Part shown: piece by piece, positions 1-9,108 of the stretch
Numbering within the stretch: position 1 is the first letter of the stretch
How the letters are laid out: each line of letters begins with the position of its first letter
NCBI GenBank assembly: GCA_963699255.1
Contig: OY969425.1
Span: 420,001 to 452,000 of the forward strand
Length of the DNA: 32,000 nt
Source: an uncultured bacterium
GTDB lineage: Bacteria; Margulisbacteria; WOR-1; CAVSGV01
Reading direction: 5' to 3'
The notes under the pieces: model-generated
What the model saw: only the letters and a program-made list of their open reading frames with translations
Told to the model about the DNA's origin: nothing
Databases searched by the model: none
Program-made: the position numbers and the translations under genes

Positions 1-1726
1 CGAGGCAGTGGCTTGAGGATACCCTTGGATCGTCGGTCTGGGTCTCATTGATCTTTATCCCTTTAACGAAATAGGTTTCAATGTCATAGCCCCCGTTAAC
101 GGTGGAATATCTCAGCGTCTCCTTTTCAAAAGCCTCAGGGTTCAAGGTCAGCATGCCGCACCTGAAAAAGTAGGGGAGAAGGTCGCGGAACCTGAAATCG
201 TATTCTATGTCAACCCTCGGTTCGTTCACGTGAACGTAAATTGTCTTCCAGAGGTCGCCTCCGGCGATCGGTATCTTGCATGTGACAGGTACCCTACCGG
301 CATGTTTGGAAAGATCTTCAGGCAATATCAGCTGTGTCTGTTCCAGGTCCGTCGATTTCTTGTTCCCGTCTTCCTGTATGATCGTGTGCCCGGTGTACTG
401 GTCGGTAGAGAAGCTTATCTGGTCGTAATAATCATGCGGGATGGTGCCGGCCATATGTGTATCATGTATCTTCGGGAATGTGAGTTTCTTTATGGCGCCG
501 CCCCGCCTGCTCATGAGCTCGATCCTGACATGCGGGGTGATGATCGTTTCGCCTTCGATTTTGACGCCGCCTTTTGAAGCCCTGATCACCGCGGGAGCGG
601 TCTTGTCGAACTTCGCAGTGATGTTATCCAGATACCCGAGCTTATTCCGGAGCTCCGTATATTTTTCATCCGTGGTGAACGTCCTGAAGTCGCTAGCAAA
701 AAGATAGCATAGCTTATCCCACATCTCCCTGGTGGCCTTTTTACCCGCATTTGATAGCCTTTCATACAGTTTGAAGCACTGGGTGTTCACTCTGGTGTTA
801 TCCCTGCCGCAGACAGCCCATCTTGTCACGTTATATTTCGCCTGTTTTTTCACGACAACGGGATACTGGGGAAAGCCGACCTCGACCTCTTTTTTGGGAG
901 GTATCTTTTTGATGGCCGTTGAAGGCGTTACAACTTCGATACCTTTGGTCTTTTCGAGCCCGGCGAAAAGATCTTCTAGTCTCTTGAGGTCGCCCTGATA
1001 GTCGAACGGCTTGTATAAAAAGTCGGAGCTTCCGGGAGAATAATTGAATATCTCCCAGTCGGACCCGTATAGCGGAAAAGCTCTGTCTTGAGCATTTGAT
1101 CTTTGAGCGTTAAGATATTCAATGTAATCATCAAGAGTGATTTCGTTCTTTATGTAGCGTTGGAACTTCTGGAAGGCTATCGAGCTGTTCCAGATTAGAC
1201 GGATCTTCTGGTCGTCGGTGCCTTTGAGAAGGAGAGGGGAGTATTTGAATTCCGCGGGAAAGTTGCCGAACTCCTGTGAGTTATCCCAGTCAAGCACAGT
1301 GGCCCCGTATCCGCCTTTTTTGATTACTTTTACAAGGCCTTTTGAGTAAACCTGTTCGTTGAGATAGAAGATTTCCGGGATGAAACCGAGTATCTTTTTA
1401 TAAACGCGGTTGCCCATCTCGATGTTATGCTGATTCACCTCCGCCGGTATCAGCGGCATGATGTTCTGCGAATAGCCGGAGCCGATAACCTCGCATTTTC
1501 CTTGAGCGCATCTGGATTTGAGTCCCGTGATGAAGCCTTTGTCCAGCGATGCTATCTTTTCCATGGTGTAAGCGGGGAATTCCAGGCCGAGGGCGACATC
1601 ATATTTGTCCAGCATTTTAAGGACGGGCCAGTAGCATTTCTCGATCATCGCCGGGTACTGGAATTCCGGGATGCTTGAGAATTGCAGGTTGGCGTGAAAG
1701 AACGTATATAAATAAAGTTTGCTCAT
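1..1726 (-). CDS. GH57-family glycoside hydrolase-like protein (3' end truncated by the window edge)
   Basis: Absent from the ORF track because it has no stop inside the window. Manual minus-strand translation from the ATG at 1726..1724 gives 575 uninterrupted codons (MSKLYLYTFFHANLQFSSIPEFQYPAMIEKCYWPVLKMLDKYDVALGLEFPAYT...). Segments resemble GH57 conserved regions: FFHANLQ, CEVIGSGYSQNIMPLI, YLNEQVYS (candidate nucleophile Glu) and YGSDWEIF (candidate acid/base Asp). Family assigned from motif memory only. Confidence 0.55.
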   Translation of the reverse strand, partial: MSKLYLYTFFHANLQFSSIPEFQYPAMIEKCYWPVLKMLDKYDVALGLEFPAYTMEKIASLDKGFITGLKSRCAQGKCEVIGSGYSQNIMPLIPAEVNQHNIEMGNRVYKKILGFIPEIFYLNEQVYSKGLVKVIKKGGYGATVLDWDNSQEFGNFPAEFKYSPLLLKGTDDQKIRLIWNSSIAFQKFQRYIKNEITLDDYIEYLNAQRSNAQDRAFPLYGSDWEIFNYSPGSSDFLYKPFDYQGDLKRLEDLFAGLEKTKGIEVVTPSTAIKKIPPKKEVEVGFPQYPVVVKKQAKYNVTRWAVCGRDNTRVNTQCFKLYERLSNAGKKATREMWDKLCYLFASDFRTFTTDEKYTELRNKLGYLDNITAKFDKTAPAVIRASKGGVKIEGETIITPHVRIELMSRRGGAIKKLTFPKIHDTHMAGTIPHDYYDQISFSTDQYTGHTIIQEDGNKKSTDLEQTQLILPEDLSKHAGRVPVTCKIPIAGGDLWKTIYVHVNEPRVDIEYDFRFRDLLPYFFRCGMLTLNPEAFEKETLRYSTVNGGYDIETYFVKGIKINETQTDDPRVSSSHCL

Positions 1727-1761
1727 TCAGTATATTCTATAATTATTCGATTCCGTTGTCG

Positions 1762-2490
1762 CTATGCAATCCGTTTTTTTATCCACGCGTGATCCGGGTC
1801 GTCAAAAGGGGACAGCTTCCTTTTGTCGCCCGCCAGGATCCACAGGTAATAAAGGCTGTATCCGGGCGCCGCGACGACGGGATGGTATCCTTTCGGGATC
1901 ATTATTATGTCATCGTTCCTGATAGTGAACGTTCTATCGAAGCCTTTCCCGTATATCCTCTGAAGACCGAAACCCTGCGGCGGAGAAATGCGGAAATAAT
2001 ACAGCTCCTCCATTTTCACCTCTTTGGGAGGCCTGTTCATGTCGTGCTTATGGGGCGGGCTGCTGGACCAGTTCCCGGGAGGATTGATCGTTTCTCCAAC
2101 CAGCATGTGATCGGCGTCCGTATCCCCATCAATAATATTGAAAACCTTTCTTTCCCAGTTGCCTTTTCCCACGCGCTTTACTTTTACCATGCTCGGGGTA
2201 ATCAGCTTCGGGGCGAATTTCCTTGAAGCTTTGACCCTGCAGACGGCTATTGTGGTCGGCGCAAGAGCTTTTATTGAACACTGCGAATCGATCGGGATAT
2301 ATGCCGCGTGGGCCTTATCTTTGAATACGGACCTTCTTCTGCCCATTTTGCCCAGAGGACTGTTATCGACTATCAGGCTGCATAGACCGTCAAGCAGCAC
2401 CAGCGCGATCTCACGGTTGCCGGAATCGATCTCATGCTTTTGACCTTTTTTCAGGCGCAGTAATTCGAATAAAATCTTTTTAAGTCCCAT
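1762..2490 (-). CDS. IolB/KduI-like cupin sugar-acid isomerase (5-deoxy-glucuronate isomerase family)
   Basis: GNWSSSPPHKHD followed by EELYYF matches the IolB signature (GNWSSYPPHKHD). The track start (GTG 2496) sits only 1 nt after the Shine-Dalgarno. The ATG at 2490 has GGAGGTG 7 nt upstream, so the start is refined to 2490. Confidence 0.7.
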   Translation of the reverse strand: MGLKKILFELLRLKKGQKHEIDSGNREIALVLLDGLCSLIVDNSPLGKMGRRRSVFKDKAHAAYIPIDSQCSIKALAPTTIAVCRVKASRKFAPKLITPSMVKVKRVGKGNWERKVFNIIDGDTDADHMLVGETINPPGNWSSSPPHKHDMNRPPKEVKMEELYYFRISPPQGFGLQRIYGKGFDRTFTIRNDDIIMIPKGYHPVVAAPGYSLYYLWILAGDKRKLSPFDDPDHAWIKKRIA

Positions 2491-2492
2491 GT

Positions 2493-3698
2493 TCACACCT
2501 CCGAAGTATCGATCTTTACGGTCGAAGCGGCCTTGTCAAATATCTTGTTGGTTTCCTCATAGTCCTTTCCGACAACGATTATATAGCACACGATATCCGC
2601 GCAGCTCTTGTAAGGTGATATCAGGTCGCCTTTTTTCGTATACATTATTACCTGTTTGACGCCTTTGATCTTCTTCGCTTTTTCAACGCCGGTAATGCTC
2701 ATGACTTTCCCCGGTTTTGGGAATATGCATTTGCAGATGGAGACCCTGTCCCATTTGGATTTAGTTGCGGATTCCGGCATAGGTTTGCCTATGGCTATTG
2801 TCAGGGCTGCCTTTATCGGATCCATTCCTGTTGCCAGAGGGGTCGTGTATTGGGAATGGAAGCCGCCGCTCAATCTTGCGGGCATTTCGATTATCTTAGG
2901 GCCGTCATTGGTCAGTATCATGTCTGCCTTGGCCGGGCCGAAAGTGATGCCCAACGATCTGGCGGCTTTTTCCACCACCTTATATATATCTTCCTGTATA
3001 TTTTTCGGCAGTCTTGTCGGATTTGAATGTCCGATCTCGATCTTGTACGGGTCGAAGTCGTATATCCTGTCAACGATCCCGAACCTGTGATGAACGTTCC
3101 TGTAAACGATGGTTTCAACGCTTTGTTCCGTACCCTCGAGATGTTCTTCGATCAGGGCCGTTTTGGTGGTGGAATATTTTTGCGCATCGATCAGAGCTTC
3201 CTTAAGCTCATCCGCCGAAACGATCTTCCTGGAGCCTCTTGAGGCGGCGCTGTCGACAGCTTTTACCATCACGGGGAATCGTCCGATCTTTTCCACCGCT
3301 CTTGCTGCGCCGTTAAGATCCTTTACTTCAAAGGACATGGCCGTGGGAACGCTGTCCTCGAGCCATTTCTTCTTCATCAGAGCTTTATTGTTGCTTCTTA
3401 CGGCCACGTTCATCGGTATGCCGGGAAGACCTAATGCGTTTGTTACAGCCGCGACGGTCACCGCGACGTCAGCCCCGGCAAAAGCCCCTATGATATTGTA
3501 TTTCCCTTTGTTTTTCAGGGCGAACCTGACATGTCCTTCCACGTTCTTCGTGTCCATCACGACCCTGACGTCCGCGTGCCTGAAGCCGGGAGCCTTCGAG
3601 TCGCGGTCGGTGGCGATAACGTTAAGTCCCATTTTTTTCGCGGTCAGTATCGCCGGTACCTGCATCAATCCCGCGCTGACGATGATTATAGATCTCAT
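2493..3698 (-). CDS. ATP-grasp ligase, paralogue 1 (L-amino-acid-ligase / carboxylate-amine ligase-like)
   Basis: N-terminal pre-ATP-grasp pattern IIIVSAGLMQVPAILTAKKMGLNVIATDRDSKAPG. Central FPVMVKAVDSAASRGSRKI. C-terminal GPAKADMILTNDGPKIIEMPARLSGG. ATGA overlap with the upstream SDR stop. Confidence 0.75.
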   Translation of the reverse strand: MRSIIIVSAGLMQVPAILTAKKMGLNVIATDRDSKAPGFRHADVRVVMDTKNVEGHVRFALKNKGKYNIIGAFAGADVAVTVAAVTNALGLPGIPMNVAVRSNNKALMKKKWLEDSVPTAMSFEVKDLNGAARAVEKIGRFPVMVKAVDSAASRGSRKIVSADELKEALIDAQKYSTTKTALIEEHLEGTEQSVETIVYRNVHHRFGIVDRIYDFDPYKIEIGHSNPTRLPKNIQEDIYKVVEKAARSLGITFGPAKADMILTNDGPKIIEMPARLSGGFHSQYTTPLATGMDPIKAALTIAIGKPMPESATKSKWDRVSICKCIFPKPGKVMSITGVEKAKKIKGVKQVIMYTKKGDLISPYKSCADIVCYIIVVGKDYEETNKIFDKAASTVKIDTSEV

Positions 3699-4459
3699 AT
3701 TCCGTATGATAAGAACCCTCCGTCAACGCAGATCGTTTCGCCTGTGATGAAATCACCCGCGCTGCTGGCCAGGAGAAGGGCCGCGCCTATAAGGTCTTTC
3801 GTGTTGCCGAGCCTTCTCATGGGCGTTCTGTCCAGGATCCTGTTCAGGCGGGCTTTATCCGAAAGCGCTTTTTTGTTCAGTTCGGTCCTGAACACGCCCG
3901 GTGTTATCGCGTTGACATTGATATTGTATCTTGCCCATTCGCAGGCGAGAGTTCTAGTAAGCGCCAGAACTCCGCCTTTGCTGGCGCAGTAAGCGGCGGC
4001 CTCTGTCAAACTGACGTGCGACCCGAGCGAAGCGATGTTTATTATTTTGCCTGAGCCCTGTTTTTTCATCTGTTCGCCGAAAACCTTGCAGACCAGGAAT
4101 GTGCCTTTCAGGTTAACGTCGATGACCTTGTCCCATTCTTTTTCCGAGACCAGGAAACTATCTTTTTTCTGATGTGTGCCCGCGCAATTCACCACAACGT
4201 CGATCCTCTTGAATTTTGAAACGATCTTTTTTGAGAGGGCAGTCAGGCTTTTTTCGCTGGTAACATCCACCGGACAGATCACCCTTTTATCAGAAGGGAC
4301 CCCGAGAGATTCATATGTTGAGAGATTCTCCCGTCCGGACCTTGAGGATATGATGACGGACGCGCCGAAATCTTTTAATCCTCTGGCAATATCCTTTCCG
4401 ATACTTCCACTGCCGCCTATGACAAGGGCCATTTTTGAACTCAAGTCAAATGGATTCAT
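3695..4459 (-). CDS. Classical short-chain dehydrogenase/reductase, KduD/gluconate-5-dehydrogenase-like
   Basis: VIGGSGSIGKDIA glycine-rich loop, VNCAG, catalytic YCASK, and NINVNAITPG / ITGETICVDGG tail typical of the KduD/IdnO subgroup. Strong SD AGGAGGAAG upstream of the ATG at 4459. Confidence 0.8.
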   Translation of the reverse strand: MNPFDLSSKMALVIGGSGSIGKDIARGLKDFGASVIISSRSGRENLSTYESLGVPSDKRVICPVDVTSEKSLTALSKKIVSKFKRIDVVVNCAGTHQKKDSFLVSEKEWDKVIDVNLKGTFLVCKVFGEQMKKQGSGKIINIASLGSHVSLTEAAAYCASKGGVLALTRTLACEWARYNINVNAITPGVFRTELNKKALSDKARLNRILDRTPMRRLGNTKDLIGAALLLASSAGDFITGETICVDGGFLSYGI

Positions 4460-4489
4460 AAATGCTTCCTCCTATTATTAGCCGGACTT

Positions 4490-5600
4490 TTAATTCGTTA
4501 TCACGTAGATCGGGACATCGTAATTGGACTTCCATTTTTTCCTGTCGTATATCCCGTTTTGCACAAGTATGCTGACAAGGCCTTTGTGTTCCCTGGCTTT
4601 TTTCATGTCATCCTCCGCCGTGAAACGGCTTATGACGCGCGACTTATAAGATAATCGATGATTTTTCACTTTACTGTTCAGGCTGAAATTTATAAGCTCT
4701 TCAAATGGCGAGATGTTAAGGCCGCTGGGAACGATGTAAAGCGACAAAAGTATCCCATGGAACCTGGGCGCCACTTCCATTATCATAAGTTTTCCGTTCT
4801 TGTCCCTTATCAGAATCTCCCTTTACCGGTCCGTGGGTCAAGCCGATCGCCCCACATGCTTTTTCGAATATCTTATAGACGCGTTCCTGTTCGGCCAGCG
4901 GTAATATCGAAGGGCATCGTCCCTCGATAACGACGGCATAGGGGAGTTTGCTGGAGGTCTTGTCGCTGATGCCCAGCCTTATCAGCTTGCCCTTATTCAT
5001 GATGCCGTTCACGTCGTGAAGAGTGGCATCCTCAATATATTTTTCGCAGACCACCTGTTTCGTGTATGAATGCTTCATCGCCCGGTCAAATGCGTCTTTG
5101 ATATGTGACGGGTTGTCCACTACCGTCACTCCCAGGCAGCTGGAACTGTCGGCAGGTTTCAGGATAAGTTTGCCTCCGTGTCTCGCGAGTTCTTTTTTAA
5201 CGTCTTGATATGATCTCACCGGTATGCTGAAGGGGGAGGGGATCCGGTGATGAAGGAAAACATCTTTCATCAGGCCCTTGTGTTCGCATATATATGAAGC
5301 TTTTGTCGAGTGCCACTTTATACCGAGAGCGCCGGCCACTATGGCTGCGGAAAGGAACAGCTCGGTGCCTGTGTAGACCGTCAGGATCCTGTCATCCAGC
5401 TTGTTGCTGTACAGGTATGAAAGGATGCCGAACGCGTCGCGGCCGTCAATAACGACGGGTATGTCGCATTGTGACAGCGCTTTGGCTTTTGGATCGCGGT
5501 TCGTTACGATGGTCTTTAAGCCTTTCCCTTTGGCGATCTTCAGCTGGGGCGTGTTAAGGTCGCCCATCCCGATGAAAAGTATGCGATCCTTCTTAACCAC
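4490..5600 (-). pseudogene. ATP-grasp ligase, paralogue 2, interrupted by a single-nt frameshift (or an assembly indel)
   Basis: Track ORFs 4716..5600 (294 aa) and 4490..4786 (98 aa) are two halves of one ATP-grasp. Frame 1 reads ...GLTHGPVKGD then turns to nonsense. The +1 frame continues ILIRDKNGKLMIMEVAPRFHG..., the canonical ATP-grasp C-terminal core. Total length is 1111 nt = 3n+1. GTG start with AGGAGAA SD. Confidence 0.75.
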
Positions 5601-6741
5601 TTATAGTTCTCCTGTCAGACAGATGCGGGAAAAGCCCGGTAACTGCCCCAAGTATCTGTTTTTTCGAATTCACGAGCAGATTGTATCCTTTCACTTTCAT
5701 TTTTCCCTTCTTTGAGCCAAGCGTCCAGGGTTCGAGGAGCTTTATATATTTAAGTTTACCGCGTTTTGCCGGGACGTTCACGTCATAGAACAGCGCTGAA
5801 CTGCCTTTGAACGGCGGCTGAGGGTCTACGGGGAGGTTCAAATGGACGTTCACATAATTTCCCAGCAGATCGTATCCGTAAGATTCCTTGCACAAATAAA
5901 TCCCATGAACAGGCAGAAATTCAGCCTCTATCAGATTTAAATCCATATTATTGGATAATATTATATCACAGTTGAGAGCGAGCGGGCCGAACCTGAACAC
6001 TCCGCAGAGAGCTTCGATCATCCGGATGATCTTTCCTCGAAGTTGTGTCAGCGTATCATCCGCTTCAGCGGTGGATCCCGTTATTTCTCCCAGTTCGTTG
6101 TCATATAATGTCCATCCGGGGCTTAAAAAGATCACTTTTTTGCCGTTCCATATGGCGTCGACAGCGATCTCGGGTCCATTGACGAATGTTTCGATGACGG
6201 CGTCCTTTTTCAGGCTGTGTTTGACCGCATCGGCGAAGGCAGGTTTTAGCTGATCCAGATGAGAAACAAAGTTGACGCCTTTTCCTCCCAATCCGCTTGT
6301 CGCGGGCTTTATGACAACGGGAAGGTCCCGCTCACGGACACTTTTAATGTCTTTCCATGTCCTTATGGAAGAAAGCTTTGCTTTGTTGAATGCCTTCCTT
6401 AACAGGTTCTTATTGAGTAGTATATTCATCGTTCTTTTGTCGATATGTTTTATTCCAAGCTTTGCCTTCAGGGTTTCAACCGTCCTGAAAGGCTCTCCCG
6501 TGCATGCCGTCATGACTTGTTTGATCTGTTTGATCTCATCTTTGAACCCTATCTGCAGGCCTTTCCATGTTCCCGCGGCGTCATATGTGCTTACGTTAAT
6601 AAATCCGTCAACGATGTCCCTTGCCGGGGCGTCCGGATTGATATCCGTCGCGATAATGCGGTATCCGAGGGCTTTGATCCGTTCTATATATTTGATCTGT
6701 GATGCTCCGCCGCCGATGAAAAGCACAGTGTCTTTTGTCAT
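5593..6741 (-). CDS. ATP-grasp ligase, paralogue 3
   Basis: VLFIGGGASQIKYIERIKALGYRIIATDINPDAPA (same N-terminal pattern as paralogues 1 and 2), LPVVIKPATSGLGGKGV, and NLIEAEF near the C-terminus. TAATG overlap with the pseG-like stop. Confidence 0.75.
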   Translation of the reverse strand: MTKDTVLFIGGGASQIKYIERIKALGYRIIATDINPDAPARDIVDGFINVSTYDAAGTWKGLQIGFKDEIKQIKQVMTACTGEPFRTVETLKAKLGIKHIDKRTMNILLNKNLLRKAFNKAKLSSIRTWKDIKSVRERDLPVVIKPATSGLGGKGVNFVSHLDQLKPAFADAVKHSLKKDAVIETFVNGPEIAVDAIWNGKKVIFLSPGWTLYDNELGEITGSTAEADDTLTQLRGKIIRMIEALCGVFRFGPLALNCDIILSNNMDLNLIEAEFLPVHGIYLCKESYGYDLLGNYVNVHLNLPVDPQPPFKGSSALFYDVNVPAKRGKLKYIKLLEPWTLGSKKGKMKVKGYNLLVNSKKQILGAVTGLFPHLSDRRTISG

Positions 6742-7709
6742 TACTTTTCAAGTCCCCTCAACAGCTTAATGATCCTTTGGACGCCTTTTCCATCGACCAG
6801 CTTTTTGCCGCCATTTGATAATTTCAGCGATCTCTTTTGATCGTGCTTCAGGCGATCCACAACGTTCAATATGGATGCTTCAGAAACATCCTTGAAGTAT
6901 CCCAGAGAGATAGAAGTTCCAAGTTTTTCAAAAGTGCGGATCTCATCTTTCTCCCTCATGTAATTGCTCATAATAAACGCAGGAACTCCCATGTAAGCAA
7001 GCTCATACAGGGTAGTTCCGAACGCCGTTATCGCAAGGTCCGATGAGGCCATAAGTTTTGCTATGTTCTTCGGGTTCTTAATGACCGTGAACCTGCGGTC
7101 TGACGGAATGTGCTGTTCTTTGAATGCGGCCCCCAGAACAATAACAGCCTTGAAATCCCATTTGAGATGTTTAAGTGCCTTGCAGACCTTCTGCGTGAGC
7201 CTGTTCGGGTCCGACCCTCCCATCGTAACTAGTATCGTGAACCTGCCGTGACGGATCCTCTTTGATTTAAGGAATTCGGGATTCAGCGGGAAGTATTCAG
7301 CGCCGATATATTTCTTCCCCTTAAACCCTTTCCATCTCAAGTTGTCCCTGAAATGAGATACCGGGAATATCACGATATCCGAGATGAGCCTAGCCTTGCT
7401 CGCGTTATCGATCAGGCATATTTTTGAGCTCTTCGATCTTAGCTCTTTTATCTGCGCGGATACGTCGCCCTTCTGGTCTATGACGGTCACTCCCGGATTA
7501 AAAAGTTTGATCGGGGAGCTTGAGAGCAGAAAAGCCTTAAAGCCTTTGTCCTTCAACATTTTGATCGGTGCATTATCACCGTTGACGAGAAAGCGAATCT
7601 TTTTACCTTTTGCTCTCAGCCCGGAAGCGATAGCGATAGAACGCCTCAGATGACCATAACCGGCCTCGGAACCGGCTTTGATGAAGAACAAATAATCGCA
7701 GTTGATCAT
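6741..7709 (-). CDS. pseG: PseG/SpsG-like UDP-sugar hydrolase (GT-B fold, UDP-2,4-diacetamido-2,4,6-trideoxy-hexose hydrolase family)
   Basis: N-terminal FFIKAGSEAGYGHLRRSIAIASGL matches the PseG hallmark (R.DAs..iG.GHvmRcl.LA). C-terminal half ILVTMGGSDPNRLT ... AITAFGTTLYELAYMGVP. ATGA overlap with the LmbE stop. Confidence 0.65.
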   Translation of the reverse strand: MINCDYLFFIKAGSEAGYGHLRRSIAIASGLRAKGKKIRFLVNGDNAPIKMLKDKGFKAFLLSSSPIKLFNPGVTVIDQKGDVSAQIKELRSKSSKICLIDNASKARLISDIVIFPVSHFRDNLRWKGFKGKKYIGAEYFPLNPEFLKSKRIRHGRFTILVTMGGSDPNRLTQKVCKALKHLKWDFKAVIVLGAAFKEQHIPSDRRFTVIKNPKNIAKLMASSDLAITAFGTTLYELAYMGVPAFIMSNYMREKDEIRTFEKLGTSISLGYFKDVSEASILNVVDRLKHDQKRSLKLSNGGKKLVDGKGVQRIIKLLRGLEK

Positions 7710-8389
7710 TTTACAAGGCGCACCAGCTCAAAGGCCTCGGCTGCTTTAAGCCCGCTGTCGACGCCACGCTTCTTCGCGAGGATGGTTATTGCCTCGACGG
7801 ACCTTGGATGCGGCCATTTTCTTATCTCGCTTTTGTATGCTTTCATTGCGGCGATCTTTGTTTTTAATGTGCCGGAAATATCCATGTAAACGTTCGGCTG
7901 GAAAGAACACGGATAGTTCCACTCGGTGGAGGAGGGGACCTCGAAAGAAATGATCTTTTTTACCGTTTCTCCCGGAAGAGGGCGGCACGCGGTCAATACG
8001 GCCTCGAACGTTATCCTGTGATCGATGTTAAGATCGGCTCTGTGATGAGTGTAAATGACATCGGGTCTTACCTTTGCCTTGATCTCCTCGACGATCTTGA
8101 CTATGTCGAGGAATTCACACGCGTCGAACCTGTTGTCAGGAAGGTCTTTTGTGAAAATTTGTCTTATCTTCAGCAGTTTCGCGGCGTTAGAAGTATACCC
8201 TTTCAGGTCCTTGATCGCCTTGCTTCCGAGACCGCCTTCTCTCTTCATGTATCTGGACGTTATCCCTTCTCCGAGGATGAGAGCGTAGACCTCGTGTCCC
8301 TCGCGCGCGAGGCGGGCCATTGTTCCCCCGCAGCCGAGTACCTCGTCATCCGGATGGGCCGCTACGATCAATATTTTTTTCGTTTTCAT
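7706..8389 (-). CDS. LmbE/PIG-L family Zn-dependent N-acetyl-sugar deacetylase
   Basis: ILIVAAHPDDEVLGCGGTMA (AHPDDE motif) and THHRADLNIDHR (second His/Asp metal motif). ATGA overlap with the WbqC-like stop. Confidence 0.85.
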   Translation of the reverse strand: MKTKKILIVAAHPDDEVLGCGGTMARLAREGHEVYALILGEGITSRYMKREGGLGSKAIKDLKGYTSNAAKLLKIRQIFTKDLPDNRFDACEFLDIVKIVEEIKAKVRPDVIYTHHRADLNIDHRITFEAVLTACRPLPGETVKKIISFEVPSSTEWNYPCSFQPNVYMDISGTLKTKIAAMKAYKSEIRKWPHPRSVEAITILAKKRGVDSGLKAAEAFELVRLVK

Positions 8390-9108
8390 GACAGCATCTC
8401 CTTTATCTTATTTTTATCCACGTTCTTTGACATTATAACATCAAAAGCTTTATCTGGTCCGGCATTGAACAACAGGTCAACTATGGCCATACTCGGCTGG
8501 AATTCCCCCCACATTTGAGGATATGAAGGGTGTTCGTATTCCTGAAAAAGCAGCTTTATCCCTTTGCTTTCAAAGGACGCTTTATCCGCGTAATCTTTGC
8601 CGAGAGCGCCGAAAACGAACATCTTCGCCTTAAAATGTTCGCAGAGGTCCAGGATGAGCTGTTCTTTTTTGTTCGTTATTTTCAGTTCGCTTTGCACGTG
8701 AACTTTTGTCTGGGTCTTAAGTTCTTTAAGAAAATAGTCCATGGTATATTTGAGAAGCGGGAACAGCCTGTCCCAATCTTTCTTGTACAGGTCCTCGAAA
8801 AAATCGCTGTAAAGGTGGAAGCAGGGCGCTTTTTTGTAGTTCATGTAAAGGCTCTTCCAGTGTTTGGACCGCCAGTCCTCCCTATTGTTGATCTCCATGT
8901 CTTTTATGCGCTTATCCGTGTGTCCTGAGATCAGGATCGGAACGGTAAGCCAGATAGGGCCCTGGGGCGTCTTGATCTTGTTCCTGTTCGTGAAGCTGTT
9001 CTTTTCGAACTGGACATCATCGAGCATCACAAAATCATCACTTATCGCTATCTTATGGAAAAGTCCGAGCCACGGCAGATAAGCGGGTTGATGCGCGGTT
9101 AAGATCAA
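8386..9108 (-). CDS. WbqC-like family protein (polysaccharide-cluster protein of unknown function)
   Basis: N-terminus LTAHQPAYLPWLGLFHKIAISDDFVMLDDVQF matches the WbqC-like family opening (QPnYlPwlGyF.Ki...D.fv.lDdVqf). TTG start overlaps the NeuB stop (TTGA). Confidence 0.7.
   Translation of the reverse strand: MILTAHQPAYLPWLGLFHKIAISDDFVMLDDVQFEKNSFTNRNKIKTPQGPIWLTVPILISGHTDKRIKDMEINNREDWRSKHWKSLYMNYKKAPCFHLYSDFFEDLYKKDWDRLFPLLKYTMDYFLKELKTQTKVHVQSELKITNKKEQLILDLCEHFKAKMFVFGALGKDYADKASFESKGIKLLFQEYEHPSYPQMWGEFQPSMAIVDLLFNAGPDKAFDVIMSKNVDKNKIKEMLS

Noticed and set aside
1727-1761. AT-rich spacer with a TATAGAAT -10-like box and no SD upstream of the GH57-like gene (possible separate promoter or leaderless mRNA)
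   Set aside because: It is a single weak hexamer match with no convincing -35, and 35 nt is too little sequence to argue from. Noted only as a possible operon boundary.
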